A stretch of DNA of 64,000 bases from an uncultured Pseudomonadota bacterium (GTDB taxonomy: Bacteria > Oederibacteriota > Muellerivitia > Muellerivitales > Muellerivitaceae), in NCBI GenBank assembly GCA_963770835.1, contig CAVYRH010000002.1, positions 160,001 to 224,000 on the forward strand. The letters run 5' to 3'. Shown piece by piece: positions 10,289 through 20,785 of the stretch. The notes under the pieces were generated by a model. It saw only the letters and a list, made by a program, of their open reading frames with translations, did not search any database and was not told where the DNA came from. Position 1 is the first letter of the stretch, and each line of letters begins with the position of its first letter. The position numbers and the translations under genes are program-made.

Positions 10289-11575
10289 TTAGTTCGCCAA
10301 GACCTGTGGCAAAGCTGTGGCAAACTCATTTTCGGTCTTTCCGTAGGACTTCTCCACCAGCTCCACCGCTTCCACCAGGTCGTTCTCCACCAAACCCACA
10401 TAATAATCTGTGGAGCGCCTGTCCCGGTGGCCGGCAAAGCGGCCAAGTATCCTATCCCCCACCCTTTGTAGGGCCAATCTGGTCAAGCAAAGGTGGCGGA
10501 GATCGTAAAAGCGGAGGCCTTTTTCCTTCAAATTCGGCATTGTCTGGGAAGTCAGGGCGATAGTTTTACCAAATAATCGCCTCATATTGCAAGTTTTTAA
10601 ACGCTTCCCGTCGACGGTAAACAAAAAATCCCCGGGCCCTTTACCCGTAACATTCCGTCTGACAATATCCTCAACCATCTTCAGAAGGGGGATAGTCCTT
10701 CCTTCCCCCGTCTTTCCAGGTTTAATGAAGACAAAGTACCTGTATCCCACGTACCGGTTATCCCGATCCTTAACTTCCTTCCTGGAAAAATCGCTGATTT
10801 GGATATCAAGGGCTTCCTGGACCCTCGTCCCCTGGTACAAGCGGAACAAGAACACATCCCGGAACAATGCCACCGGTATCCTATCCGGACGGGCTCCGTG
10901 TTGGTTTTGCTGTTCTTCCAGTTTGTCCATCGCGTCCAGCATCGCGGTTATTTCCTCATCCCTTACCGTTATCACGGGGCGCTTTGGAGGGGTCGGAAAA
11001 AATTTCGGGTTTGAATCAAGGATTTCACGGACGGGGTTTTCCCGGCCGATCTTTTTTCGAATCGCCCAACGGAACAACCGATCCAAATAGCCCTTGTATT
11101 CCAAAAGGTTCCACGCGTTCGTACAAACCTCGCGGTCCCTCTCGTCCCGCAACAGCTTCCGCCTGGCATTGAACCATTCCGAGACCCTTTTCACCGACAT
11201 CCGGCGGATTTCCAAATTCCCGAACTCCGCCTTCAGGAGATCAAGCTTCGGCTTGATATTCCTGGGGAAAGAAGGTTTCTCCCGGATATTCAACACGGGA
11301 TCGTCAAGATATTGTTCAACGACCTCCGAAAACTTCATGTTTCCGACTGGGACCCTGGTTGGGTCAAACCCGTCATTGAGCCGGGTTTGTAACTCGGCCC
11401 GCGCCCGCTCAAGCACGGCAGCTTTCTTGGCGGACAAATCCGGGTAGTCAACGACCGGAAAGCGGGTCGATTTGAAGCGAGCCCTGCCTTCCGGATCCAA
11501 CCAGTAGAAATACCAGTGGGGCCGCGGTTGTTTATCGCGGCCAATTCTTGTTTTAAGCTGGACGTTGATTGGCAT
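10289..11575 (-). CDS. Tyrosine recombinase/integrase
   Basis: Catalytic R (GTRVQE), K (KPGKTG), YDLRH, GH and Y (STDYY); N-terminal arm-binding-like region. Confidence 0.93.
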   Translation of the reverse strand: MPINVQLKTRIGRDKQPRPHWYFYWLDPEGRARFKSTRFPVVDYPDLSAKKAAVLERARAELQTRLNDGFDPTRVPVGNMKFSEVVEQYLDDPVLNIREKPSFPRNIKPKLDLLKAEFGNLEIRRMSVKRVSEWFNARRKLLRDERDREVCTNAWNLLEYKGYLDRLFRWAIRKKIGRENPVREILDSNPKFFPTPPKRPVITVRDEEITAMLDAMDKLEEQQNQHGARPDRIPVALFRDVFLFRLYQGTRVQEALDIQISDFSRKEVKDRDNRYVGYRYFVFIKPGKTGEGRTIPLLKMVEDIVRRNVTGKGPGDFLFTVDGKRLKTCNMRRLFGKTIALTSQTMPNLKEKGLRFYDLRHLCLTRLALQRVGDRILGRFAGHRDRRSTDYYVGLVENDLVEAVELVEKSYGKTENEFATALPQVLAN

Positions 11576-11858
11576 TTCTGCCTCCCTTCGCCCCAGCCTC
11601 CTGACCCCCTGATAATATCAAATCGATGGAATGTTGGGAACTTGGAACAGCCGGCATCCGTTGGATCGACCATTTAAGGGACCCGAAACTGATCCGTGGA
11701 TTCTTCCCAAAAAGATAACGCGCTTTCAACTTCCCGGATTTGACCCACCGGATGATGGTACGACGGGAAACACCGGCATACCCCGCCGCTTCCCCATAGG
11801 TCAGCATTCTTTCTTCCGAGTCCCTCCTGCGGTCCCCACCTTTTCTACGTTCTTCCAT
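11553..11858 (-). CDS. Excisionase-like HTH protein
   Basis: MLTYGEAAGYAGVSRRTIIRWVKSGKLKA (HTH_17/Xis pattern); GAGGAGG RBS. Confidence 0.8.
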   Translation of the reverse strand: MEERRKGGDRRRDSEERMLTYGEAAGYAGVSRRTIIRWVKSGKLKARYLFGKNPRISFGSLKWSIQRMPAVPSSQHSIDLILSGGQEAGAKGGRNANQRPA

Positions 11859-11868
11859 GGGGTCCTCC

Positions 11869-12090
11869 TCATCTCTTCGAATCAATTGAAGGATTTTGAA
11901 AAACCTTCAGGAATAAAGAATGCCAAACACGGGGGTGTCTCCCCACTTTCACAAAGGGGAGAACGCCGGCCTGCCGCCAATACCTGACCGTATTTGGGGA
12001 GACTTTCGCCAATTGGGCTACATCTCTATCAGTCATGAGGTAATCCCGGTCTTTGCTCCGGCGGCCCGGAGAATTCCTGCGGTTTTTCAT
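11869..12090 (-). CDS. Excisionase-like HTH protein
   Basis: LMTDRDVAQLAKVSPNTVRYWRQAGVLPFVKVGRHPR; GGAGG RBS. Confidence 0.8.
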   Translation of the reverse strand: MKNRRNSPGRRSKDRDYLMTDRDVAQLAKVSPNTVRYWRQAGVLPFVKVGRHPRVWHSLFLKVFQNPSIDSKR

Positions 12091-12115
12091 AAAAACCTCC
12101 AGCCACAAGGGCCAA

Positions 12116-13123
12116 TCAGAATCCAATAAGCCTGTGAATCCCATCATGGGCAATATCGTTGGCCATGCTATTCAACATCCCGTCCAAGACCTTATTGAGA
12201 TCCACGTTGAAGTTGGTCAGGGATTTCTCCATTGAGCAGTTCAAATAAGCCAAGACATAGGTGGAAAGGGGCCCCTCAACATAAGCCTGGGCAATGGGCT
12301 GGCCGGTTTTCCTTTGGAACTCCAGACGGTCCTTGGTCAATATGTCGTAATCCGCCTTCAGGCAGGCCTTCTTGAATTCGCCCATGTGATAGTCGTTCTT
12401 GTCATCCCCTGACCCCCATTGGTTGATCCATCCTTGGCAGAGTTTCTTGACGTGGGTCACATAAGCATCGTCCTGATCCCCAGGGGTTTTAACCGGGTTA
12501 GGCCCAAGGTCCTTTCCCTTGCTTGCCTCCCAATCTTTTTGAATATCGTCCATCACGGAATGACGCACTTTATCGGCCATGCCGGAATTGGCACCGTCCA
12601 GAACTCCCTTGGGGTCCTTCAGTTCCTCATCCGTCAGGTGGACCATGAAAGGGGTATTCTTGTTTTCATCCGCGAAATTAGCCCGCCAATTGGCTAATTT
12701 GAGGGCTCCGGCGTAAGTCTCTACAGCATCCTTGTTGAGTTTGCCTTTGAACACCTCATCGCTAACTCGGTTGAAATCCTTTTGGAAAAATTCATCCTTG
12801 GCCTCGTCAAACAGACTATCCGGTACCCGGCCTCCGTAGGCTTTCCTCAACTTCTTTTCGAATCCTTCCAATCGGAAGTAGATTTCATTGGCCGACATCC
12901 TTTTGGCGGCCAGGTTCTCGTCCTGGTCCACACCCTTCTTTTTCCCCTCTTCCAAGCCCTCCGTAATTTGTTTCCGGATAACCCCAATGGCGTCTTTTTT
13001 TTCAAGGATTGTGGGTTCGTAAATTGAGGTTGGTTGGGTGTCGGTTTGAGCCCACCCCCTTAATACCCCCAAACTGAACACCGCCACAAATAATCCAATA
13101 GTAAAAACAGAAAAGTTACGCAT
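12116..13123 (-). CDS. Secreted hypothetical protein
   Basis: 335-aa ORF with signal peptide (..GWAQ) and AGGAGG RBS. Confidence 0.75.
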   Translation of the reverse strand: MRNFSVFTIGLFVAVFSLGVLRGWAQTDTQPTSIYEPTILEKKDAIGVIRKQITEGLEEGKKKGVDQDENLAAKRMSANEIYFRLEGFEKKLRKAYGGRVPDSLFDEAKDEFFQKDFNRVSDEVFKGKLNKDAVETYAGALKLANWRANFADENKNTPFMVHLTDEELKDPKGVLDGANSGMADKVRHSVMDDIQKDWEASKGKDLGPNPVKTPGDQDDAYVTHVKKLCQGWINQWGSGDDKNDYHMGEFKKACLKADYDILTKDRLEFQRKTGQPIAQAYVEGPLSTYVLAYLNCSMEKSLTNFNVDLNKVLDGMLNSMANDIAHDGIHRLIGF

Positions 13124-13161
13124 ATCGCCTCCTAAAATATTGAGCTGGTTATAAAAATCAG

Positions 13162-13197
13162 GTTGGCGGCTTTCGACAATTCCTAAAAGCCGCCAAC
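13162..13197. terminator. Stem-loop after the spoVG-like gene
   Basis: GTTGGCGGCTTT...AAAGCCGCCAAC inverted repeat. Confidence 0.55.
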
Positions 13198-13231
13198 GAA
13201 ATTGACCTACATATCTTGAAACCGACCGTCC

Positions 13232-13537
13232 TTATGAACCGGTCTGCACCTCCGCTTCCATGAGCTTCATCTTCTTGTTGAAGGAAGCGATTGCCGCCTT
13301 CTGGATTTCCTTCTTGGTTTGGGAGTCGGTGTAGGAATAATCGAAGTAGGCCCCTTCCTCCGTTCCCGGCTTGCTGGGATTGGCGCTGAATAACTCGCCG
13401 GTTTCCTTGTTCCTCACGAGCCTCATATCGTTGAACCCGAAAACCCTTTTCCCCAAGGTCACCTTGACGTCGAAAAAGGCCTTCACGTTGCCTTCTCCCT
13501 CATAGGGGTACATCCTTTTGATAATGATTCGAAACAT
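13232..13537 (-). CDS. SpoVG-like nucleic-acid-binding protein
   Basis: GNVKAFFDV...FNDMRLV...LFSANPSK...YFDYSY...KEIQKAAIASF matches the SpoVG pattern. Confidence 0.7.
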   Translation of the reverse strand: MFRIIIKRMYPYEGEGNVKAFFDVKVTLGKRVFGFNDMRLVRNKETGELFSANPSKPGTEEGAYFDYSYTDSQTKKEIQKAAIASFNKKMKLMEAEVQTGS

Positions 13538-13577
13538 GACTTTCCTCCTTGAAATAAATTCAGCTAAATAAACAGCG

Positions 13578-15030
13578 TTACATTCCTTGTGGTTTCACCC
13601 CCTTTTCGGTGTTCCTCGCGTATTCCAAAACCTCTTCCCGCGCTTTTTCGGACAAGCCAGCGGAATACTCCCACCAGTCTTTGGCCCCTTTTGGGGCCGC
13701 GTACTGGTGGAGCACTTCAAGCAGTTCCTTGGTGTAATGGACAGGCTTTTTCCCCTGAAAATGGACAATTCCCCGGAAAACAATCGCGTTTCGGCCAGTC
13801 GCTTTTGCGCCATACAAGCCGTCGTCAGCTGCCGTGACAAGAGTCTCCAGGTTCACCCCATCCTCCCCCCACTCCACAATGGCCTGGGAAATAGTGACGG
13901 GGTAATGGATCACGTAAAGGTCATCCTTTTTGTGGCCCGTTCCATCCGTAAAATGCCGGATGTTCTCGGCCTTGATGATCTCATTGGCCTCCGCCACCAC
14001 CTTCTCCTCGACGTATTTGCGGAATTCCCCCGCTTTCTCCAGGGCTTCTTTTTCATCCCCGTCCAGGATCCAAATGACCTCCTCGCCCCCATACCGCCAA
14101 ATTCGTTCCTTGGAAAAGATCCCCTGGCCCGCCTTGGCTAATGTTCTCAAGACGGCGTTCCCCACTTGGTGGTTGGAATGCACATCATTGAAACTTTTGA
14201 AATAGTCGATATCGGCCATGCAAAGGTAAATCTTGGCTTTCTTCTTGGCGGCATAGGCGGGAATCTGGTTTCTCGCCGCGCGGAAGTTCAAAAGGCCCGT
14301 GAGGTCATCCATCACAGTTTGCTTGACGAGGTTTTCCTTTGTGGTTTTGTCCTGGCAATCCGCCGCTGTATCCAGGATGAAAGGGAACATTTGGGCCAAG
14401 AGCCATTTGCCAGGCTTTGTTTTCCTCAATTTCCCCAAGGTTGCTCTCTTTTCCAGTTTTTGGGCCTTCTCCAGCAAGGCCTTGATCCTCGGGTCTTTCA
14501 TCCCCGCATCCCTCAAAACGGAACAAACGTGGACCGTCCAGTGGAATTTCCCCAGTGAGAAATAAGCCGAAGCCAAAAGAACCAGGTACTCGGGTTCCTT
14601 GGGGAACCTCATATTCAGGCTTTGGAGCATCTCAACCGCCGTCTCGGCCCTGCCGGTCAGGGTGAAAAGTTCCGCTTGCAGGGCCACCGCTTCGGGGAAA
14701 TCCCGCACAGCCTCGAAAATTTCCTTGAGCGTGGTTTCGCATTCGGCGTATTGGGCCTTCAAAAGATAGGCTTTCGCCAGCAGAACCCGGCTTTCGGATG
14801 ACGGGTGGGAAAAGTTATGTAGCCTTTCGATGACCTTGAGGATGGAATTAGGTTTATTTAATTTGGCGTAGATCTTCCCGGCTTCCAGATAGGCTTCCAC
14901 GTTGTGGGGCTGGTAGGAGTGGATCACCTCGTCAAAAAATGGAAAGGGCCTTCCGGTACGATTTGGCCTTCATGTAGAGATGCGCGGCCTGGAGGCTTTG
15001 GCGGGCCAATTCGGGATTGAGAGTTTCCAT
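13578..15030 (-). CDS. TPR-repeat + GGDEF diguanylate cyclase (apparent +1 homopolymer frameshift at 14934-14939)
   Basis: DDLTGLLN, DIDYFKSFND, RYGGEEV, ADDGLYGAKATGRN; removing one T joins METLNPELARQ... (ATG 15030) to the 13578-14927 ORF. Confidence 0.88.
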
Positions 15031-15031
15031 G

Positions 15032-15619
15032 TCAAAACTCCTGGAAGTTTGATATTTGCAGGGTTCCGTTGTCGTCTTTCACCACGACCAAAAGGTTCAT
15101 GGGCAGCTCCAATTGGGAGGGAGGATTGGTGTTGTCGGAGTTGTAGATGCTTTTCCCGATGACCTTGACCCAATAATGGGTTCCATCGGAATTGACGACA
15201 CTGGAGCGGTCGATCCTCTGGTAGATGACGTAGGCCTTGGACTGCCTAATGAATTCCACCCATTTGGGGTCCAGGAACGCCTCGCTATATTGGGACATGA
15301 GGTTGTCCACCATGAGGCCGGATACTTTGTCCGTCTGGCGGTCGATGTCCGTGTAGCTCAGGTTGAAGGCCATGATGGAGAACTTCTCGGCAAAATCGAT
15401 GACCCCGGTGTCTTGGGTCGCCGTTTCAACCGCCTGAAAGTCCTTGTTCTCCTGGGGGTGGGTTACAACAGCGCCAATCCTCGCCTTACCCCACCAAAGG
15501 GTGAAAAGGATCCCGGATAGGGTGATGGCCACAACCAATAGGATCATCGGCCATGCCTTATTGCCCTTGCGTTCTTCCTCCACCTCATCCAAAAAATTCA
15601 TTTCCTTTTTCTCATTCAT
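15032..15619 (-). CDS. VirB8/TcpC-like bitopic T4SS protein
   Basis: Single N-terminal TM followed by an NTF2-like pattern (FAEKFSIMAFNLSY...); directly downstream of virB4. Confidence 0.55.
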   Translation of the reverse strand: MNEKKEMNFLDEVEEERKGNKAWPMILLVVAITLSGILFTLWWGKARIGAVVTHPQENKDFQAVETATQDTGVIDFAEKFSIMAFNLSYTDIDRQTDKVSGLMVDNLMSQYSEAFLDPKWVEFIRQSKAYVIYQRIDRSSVVNSDGTHYWVKVIGKSIYNSDNTNPPSQLELPMNLLVVVKDDNGTLQISNFQEF

Positions 15620-15646
15620 ATATCACCTCGAATATTTCCCGTCATA

Positions 15647-18139
15647 TCAGCCGGCTTTCATTACCTTGTTGTTTTCCTTGTCGTCGATCCATTGGCAGAT
15701 GGCGGATAGGACTTTTTCAGGGTCCTCATCCTTGGCGTAGGCCTCCAAATACCGGTCCCTGACCGCCGCCTCGGGGCCATAGGTGGTGGCGATGTGGTAG
15801 GAGAGTTCATCGGGATAAATGTTGACGATCCCCTGGCGGTGGGTCTGGTGGATCATGGCCTGGGAATAGACCCCTTTGACCTGGTGGAGGCCCGAAACCA
15901 TGTCCATCTGGGTTGGATTGAGTTGAAGGAGGTTTTTGGCGTGGCGGACATCGTCCCCGACGAGTTTCAACAGAATCTTAGTGGCGGTATTCTTGAGGAT
16001 GGCTTCCACCCCCTTAACCCCATTGAATTCCCCGATTTCCTGGGTAGCGAAGATGGGTTGGAGCCTCAGGTGCCGGGCCGTTTTCGCGATCCTCAAAAGG
16101 AAGGAAAGACCAGTGGGGAATTGGGCCAAATGCCAAGCTTCGTCAAGGACCAGTTGGGAGAGACGGTTCAAACCCATATTTTCCTTGGCTTTTCTCAAGC
16201 AGTAGTTGGAGATGACGAAAACGGCTAGGCCAATGGCCTTCTTGTCGTTGTCACTAATGCCGGAGGTATCGAATACAGTGAAATTGTCGTCCCCCTCAAC
16301 GGTGGATTCCCGGTCAGTCAGGTTGGCGTAGATTCCTTTTCCCGTATAGAGCTTCAGGATTTCAGCCTGCTTGCGGCATATATATTGGAACTGGACAGGC
16401 GTCTTTTTCTCTTCCGACATCCTTATCAATGTTTCCTTGAGGTCCGAGAGAAGGGGAACCCGGTTTTGGGATATGACGTTCCGGTAAGTCGTCTTTATCG
16501 CTTCCTGAAGCAAGGCCTTGTCCAGTTCCTCCGCTTCCTCGATTGAGTTGCCCTTGACGTTGGCAAGCACGACCCCCAAGAACATGATGATGCTGGAGAT
16601 TTGGTCGGGGTCGATTTCGCCGTCCAATTCCTTTATTTCATCCAAGGGATAATCAAAGATGTTCAGGTGGTGGCGGCTGTCCAGGTCGTAATTGAGGTAC
16701 TTGCCCCCGGACAAAAGGCAGAGAGTTTTGTACGATTTCGATTTGTCGATGACCATCACGTAGGGGTTCAGGTGCCTGTTTCGGATCAAGAGCTGGTTGA
16801 TGGTGAAGGATTTGCCGGTACCCGAACTTCCCACCACCAGGAAGTTCCAGTTTTCCGCCTCCTTTCCCCACAAGTCCAAATGGACCATCTGGTTGGAAAG
16901 GGTTTTCCCGATGGGCACACCGTCCGTTTCGGCGATGGGCTCGTATAAAACAGGAATCGCGTTGGCGATAACGGCCGTGGCTTGCAGGTGCTCGTGGGAA
17001 GCGTAATCGGTGGCCTGGGGCGTGGTGGAAAGGAAAAGCCTCTTTTGTTCCGCGTAACCAGACAAGGGGTGGACGTTCTTGAACTTCCGGGCCAGGTTCT
17101 CGTAAATCGTCAGGAGGGATTCTTTTGTGTCCGCGAACAAGGTCACGTAAAGGGAAAACTTGGCAAGGGAGGTCTTCTTCTCCGAGACCATGGACAACAC
17201 TTCCTGGCGGTAATCCAGGTTGGCCTGGGCCTCGAAATTGACCACGTTTTTGCGCTTCCAAAGGGCCCCCTGGTCGGCCTGGATTTGGCGCTCAACCACC
17301 CCCTGGGCCCGGAACAAATCCACCCCTTTCACGAACAAGGAAACCTTGAAATCATCCGTTTCCCCGTAAAGTTCCTGGAAGAAAAGGCTTTGTTCGTTGA
17401 AAGACGGGAATTCGGTCACGTAGAGGGTCTTGGCCAACTTGTCCCCAATCTTGAAAAAATGGGGGTTGGTGAAATCCCAGGGGACCGTGGAGAGCATTTC
17501 CCGGAGTGTCTGGAACCCGAATTCCCCACCCGACATGGAAATACCCCGTTTGAAAAGGGACGGATTCCCGTGGAATTTCCTAAGCGAGAATTCCTCATAT
17601 AAGAGGGTGTAAATCTCCTCCTCACTAGCCTCTTCCAGTTCCATCCCCAAGAGTGATAGCTGGGAAGCCCAGGATTTGGCCCTCCTCAATACCTCCTCAA
17701 GGGGTCCAAAGGACCCCTTTTCATCTTTTGCGGGATTTGAAGGAATTACGGTGAACAGGACATACGAAAGAAAGCGGCAAATACGGTGGTCCTTGTAAAA
17801 CAGCCGCAAGGAGTTTTCCAGGAACCGGGGATACTGGTTTTTGAAGATCGTCGGCGCGTTTTCGTGGATATGGCCCTTGAACTTATCGATTCCCACCTCA
17901 ACATCCGCAGGGACCCTTTTGGTGAGGAACTGGACTTGCTCGTCTTTCCGCAAGTCCCCCAAAGCTGAGTTCAATTTCATCACTTTCTCGCCCAATACCT
18001 CCGGGTCTTCCATCCAGGGATTGAGCCCGCCTTCAACCTTGAATACGGCCACGAACTGGCGGGGGTTCCTCAAAACAAGGAATCCCGGGCCAACCGATGA
18101 AATCCTCAAGAGTTCGGGAATGACGTTTTTCATGTTCAA
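15647..18139 (-). CDS. virB4: VirB4 family T4SS ATPase
   Basis: 830 aa; Walker A VVGSSGTGKS, VIDKSKSY, Walker B LVLDEAWH, ARHLR..ATQ. Confidence 0.9.
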   Translation of the reverse strand: MNMKNVIPELLRISSVGPGFLVLRNPRQFVAVFKVEGGLNPWMEDPEVLGEKVMKLNSALGDLRKDEQVQFLTKRVPADVEVGIDKFKGHIHENAPTIFKNQYPRFLENSLRLFYKDHRICRFLSYVLFTVIPSNPAKDEKGSFGPLEEVLRRAKSWASQLSLLGMELEEASEEEIYTLLYEEFSLRKFHGNPSLFKRGISMSGGEFGFQTLREMLSTVPWDFTNPHFFKIGDKLAKTLYVTEFPSFNEQSLFFQELYGETDDFKVSLFVKGVDLFRAQGVVERQIQADQGALWKRKNVVNFEAQANLDYRQEVLSMVSEKKTSLAKFSLYVTLFADTKESLLTIYENLARKFKNVHPLSGYAEQKRLFLSTTPQATDYASHEHLQATAVIANAIPVLYEPIAETDGVPIGKTLSNQMVHLDLWGKEAENWNFLVVGSSGTGKSFTINQLLIRNRHLNPYVMVIDKSKSYKTLCLLSGGKYLNYDLDSRHHLNIFDYPLDEIKELDGEIDPDQISSIIMFLGVVLANVKGNSIEEAEELDKALLQEAIKTTYRNVISQNRVPLLSDLKETLIRMSEEKKTPVQFQYICRKQAEILKLYTGKGIYANLTDRESTVEGDDNFTVFDTSGISDNDKKAIGLAVFVISNYCLRKAKENMGLNRLSQLVLDEAWHLAQFPTGLSFLLRIAKTARHLRLQPIFATQEIGEFNGVKGVEAILKNTATKILLKLVGDDVRHAKNLLQLNPTQMDMVSGLHQVKGVYSQAMIHQTHRQGIVNIYPDELSYHIATTYGPEAAVRDRYLEAYAKDEDPEKVLSAICQWIDDKENNKVMKAG

Positions 18140-18420
18140 ACCTCGCTTTCTTCCCCGCCACTGTTGTAATACCGTGGTTCCCGGTGGAACCGGACGATGT
18201 TCTCGAAATGTTTCTCAGGCCAGAAACTCTTCAAAACGTAAAAAACGGTGGCCACAACTAAAGCCGAGAAGAATAGAACCAGGCTCCCTTCTAGGCCCCA
18301 AACACTGAAAAGCAATATGAACCCGAAGGCGTCGGCGATGAAGATGAACATCAAGCGAGTGAAGTCCGAGGCATAGAACAAGCCCCACATCCTGGATTCC
18401 TTCTCAAGTGGGATTGCCAT
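18136..18420 (-). CDS. VirB3/PrgI-like small membrane protein
   Basis: 94 aa with 2 TMs, overlaps the virB4 start, ends in a PRYY-type tail. Confidence 0.6.
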   Translation of the reverse strand: MAIPLEKESRMWGLFYASDFTRLMFIFIADAFGFILLFSVWGLEGSLVLFFSALVVATVFYVLKSFWPEKHFENIVRFHREPRYYNSGGEESEV

Positions 18421-20326
18421 CGCCGCCCCTCCTTTCCTTGCCCATGCCCCTGACCGTGGGCGGAGGCCCGCCCCTTTGAAGGCGTTTGGCGTAGGAGCCG
18501 ATCAAGCGCCGCTTCTCCATTTCCTCCTTGGAGAAATCCCCCTTGCTCCTGGTGAATTCCTTGTCCATTCCCTTGGAGATGCTGTCCCCGGCGAATTTCC
18601 GCACCAAACCTGAGACGGGGTTGTCCGTTCCTTCCCCGCCCCGGTCGCGGCCTCCGATTCCCCCAACGTTTCCGATCATGTTGAGGCCCTTGACGAATCG
18701 CCCCCCGGCCACGGCTCCGGCTGTGGTTCCGACAAAAGGGATGATGGAACCCACCGCCGCCCCCGCCGCCGTCCCCACCGCCTGCCCTGTTTCACCCGTC
18801 GCGGCCTTGATGCCCCCGGCGGTCTTGAGCCTAGCCGCGTTCATGGCCCCCATCGCGGCCAGGTTGTCCCTTGCGAAATCCTTGATTCCGTCCCCCCGTA
18901 AGTTCCCTCCTTGGAAGGTGGTGAAAAGGGAGGCGAACTCCTGGACATTGGCGATCATCTGGAGCCCCGCGATAACCGCGCAGGCGGTTAAGAGGCTGTT
19001 CACCCCGATGGTTTCGATCCCCCAATCGATGTTGGGAATGAGGTAAAGCCCTACCAGGGTGATGGCCCAAAAGACGGAATATAGGAGTTGTTTTACGAAG
19101 TACCGGAGAGCCCCCCAGAAAATGGGGGCGGTCGCTGGGTGCCCCAGGCAACCGATAAAAGCGGGCCCCAGGAGGAACAGGACCCAGAGATTCAAGACTT
19201 GGAAAAACTTCGCAAAAATGACAGAAAAACAGACGATTAAACCCCAGAGAGCGGCCCCGCATTTGAGTAAGCCCCCTCCAAACTTGGCGATGCGGCTCTC
19301 ATCCTGCGGCTGGTTGCCTGCCGTTGCGAGATTGGGGCCTGATGATGCCTGTTGGGGCGGGTATTGGACGCCGTTGTTACCCATCAACCCTTGGACCGAA
19401 TAAGGAACCAGTGTTTCCCCGGATATGGCCGGGGTGCTTCCCACCGTGTCGGCCCCTCTCGCCAAAAGGACGTGGACAAGGGTGGGGACGCTCAAAATCA
19501 GGATGATCCCGGAAACCGCCTGGATGAATTTGTAATTGCCGCTTTTGGAGTCCCCTGCCGCCACCGCCGAGTAACAGTTGTAAAAACCCAGGATGACCAG
19601 GGAAAGGGAAACGAGGAAGAAAAAGTCCCAGATAATCCCCTGGGTTTTGATGAAGTTCCCCCGAAAGTCGATCTGGTTCACCTGAACCGCACTCAAGCCT
19701 GAAGGCCCGCCCAAGTTGATGTCGGCGAACCCTTCCAGGACCCCGCTGGTTTTGAGGGTATTTTGGTTGTAGAGGTAGTACCCCAAAGCTGTCACACCGT
19801 TGGTCAAAAGGGAATGGATGAAAGGCCAGGCGAAGATGGCGGTGAAAGCGCCCACAAAGACAAGGACCATCGAGGGCTCAACCGGCCTCCCCCAAAACCC
19901 TGAGGAGCGCTGGCCCACGTCCACCAGGAAAAAAACAAGGAGAAGATAGAGCCCGAAGCCGCTGGTTATCTTGAGCAGGTTCAAAACCTCGGCCACGGCT
20001 AGGGAGGCCTCACCGGCCATCCCCGGTTGTTTGGACATGGCGGTGTAGGTGATAGGCGAGGCCAAATCCGGAATCTTGATGAGGAATGTCCCAATGTACT
20101 TGTCGTATACGTCGAAGAGGGTTTGAAGGGCCCAATTGCCTAGGCTGTCCATTCCGTTGGCGACCCAATCCGCCGCGTTCTTGGCGACGGTTTCCACGAT
20201 TCCTTGGGATACCCCCTGCTGGATGGCGCCTTCCGAAGGGCCGCTATCGGTCGAGAGGACCGTAACGGCGCCCGCGCCCGGCGCCACCATCAGGGTCAAA
20301 CCCGCTATATATAAAAGCTTCTTCAT
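18404..20326 (-). CDS. VirB6/TrbL-like polytopic membrane protein
   Basis: Multiple TMs, LWVLFLLGPAFIGCLGHPAT motif, Gly/Ala-rich C-terminal tail. Confidence 0.7.
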   Translation of the reverse strand: MKKLLYIAGLTLMVAPGAGAVTVLSTDSGPSEGAIQQGVSQGIVETVAKNAADWVANGMDSLGNWALQTLFDVYDKYIGTFLIKIPDLASPITYTAMSKQPGMAGEASLAVAEVLNLLKITSGFGLYLLLVFFLVDVGQRSSGFWGRPVEPSMVLVFVGAFTAIFAWPFIHSLLTNGVTALGYYLYNQNTLKTSGVLEGFADINLGGPSGLSAVQVNQIDFRGNFIKTQGIIWDFFFLVSLSLVILGFYNCYSAVAAGDSKSGNYKFIQAVSGIILILSVPTLVHVLLARGADTVGSTPAISGETLVPYSVQGLMGNNGVQYPPQQASSGPNLATAGNQPQDESRIAKFGGGLLKCGAALWGLIVCFSVIFAKFFQVLNLWVLFLLGPAFIGCLGHPATAPIFWGALRYFVKQLLYSVFWAITLVGLYLIPNIDWGIETIGVNSLLTACAVIAGLQMIANVQEFASLFTTFQGGNLRGDGIKDFARDNLAAMGAMNAARLKTAGGIKAATGETGQAVGTAAGAAVGSIIPFVGTTAGAVAGGRFVKGLNMIGNVGGIGGRDRGGEGTDNPVSGLVRKFAGDSISKGMDKEFTRSKGDFSKEEMEKRRLIGSYAKRLQRGGPPPTVRGMGKERRGGDGNPT

Positions 20327-20389
20327 ATGAAACCTTCCAAATATCAAACTGCTTTAAGGGGGATATGCCCCCGTTCACTTCATAAACCG

Positions 20390-20749
20390 TCAATTACCCG
20401 CCAACACCGAGGAAACCGGACGAGCCCCGAATTCCCCGGCTTTCAGGATGAGGACGTTCACCACCACCCCCACCATGAGAATCCCCACGAAAGCCAGGAC
20501 CGAGTTCCATACCCTGTCCTTGGCCGTCGTGTCCCCCTTGCTGGAATCCGCCAGGTGGTCGAAAACGTTCTTGATGCAGCCGAACAATTTCCAGAGCCCG
20601 TAGGCGTCCAGGACGAAAAGGATCAGCGTCTTGACCGGCGAAAGCTCCGGGATGCTGACCACGGCTTGGGCGAAGGCTGCCTCGGCCTCCAAAAAGATCC
20701 AAAGCGCCAAAACCACCCTTTTCTTCCCCTTAAATATTTCTTTCTTCAT
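20390..20749 (-). CDS. VirB2/TrbC-like pilin
   Basis: Signal peptide (AAFA/Q) followed by two hydrophobic helices; GGAGG RBS; upstream of virB6. Confidence 0.55.
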   Translation of the reverse strand: MKKEIFKGKKRVVLALWIFLEAEAAFAQAVVSIPELSPVKTLILFVLDAYGLWKLFGCIKNVFDHLADSSKGDTTAKDRVWNSVLAFVGILMVGVVVNVLILKAGEFGARPVSSVLAGN

Positions 20750-20785
20750 ATCGAACCTCCGAAATAAAACATCAATACACATTCC

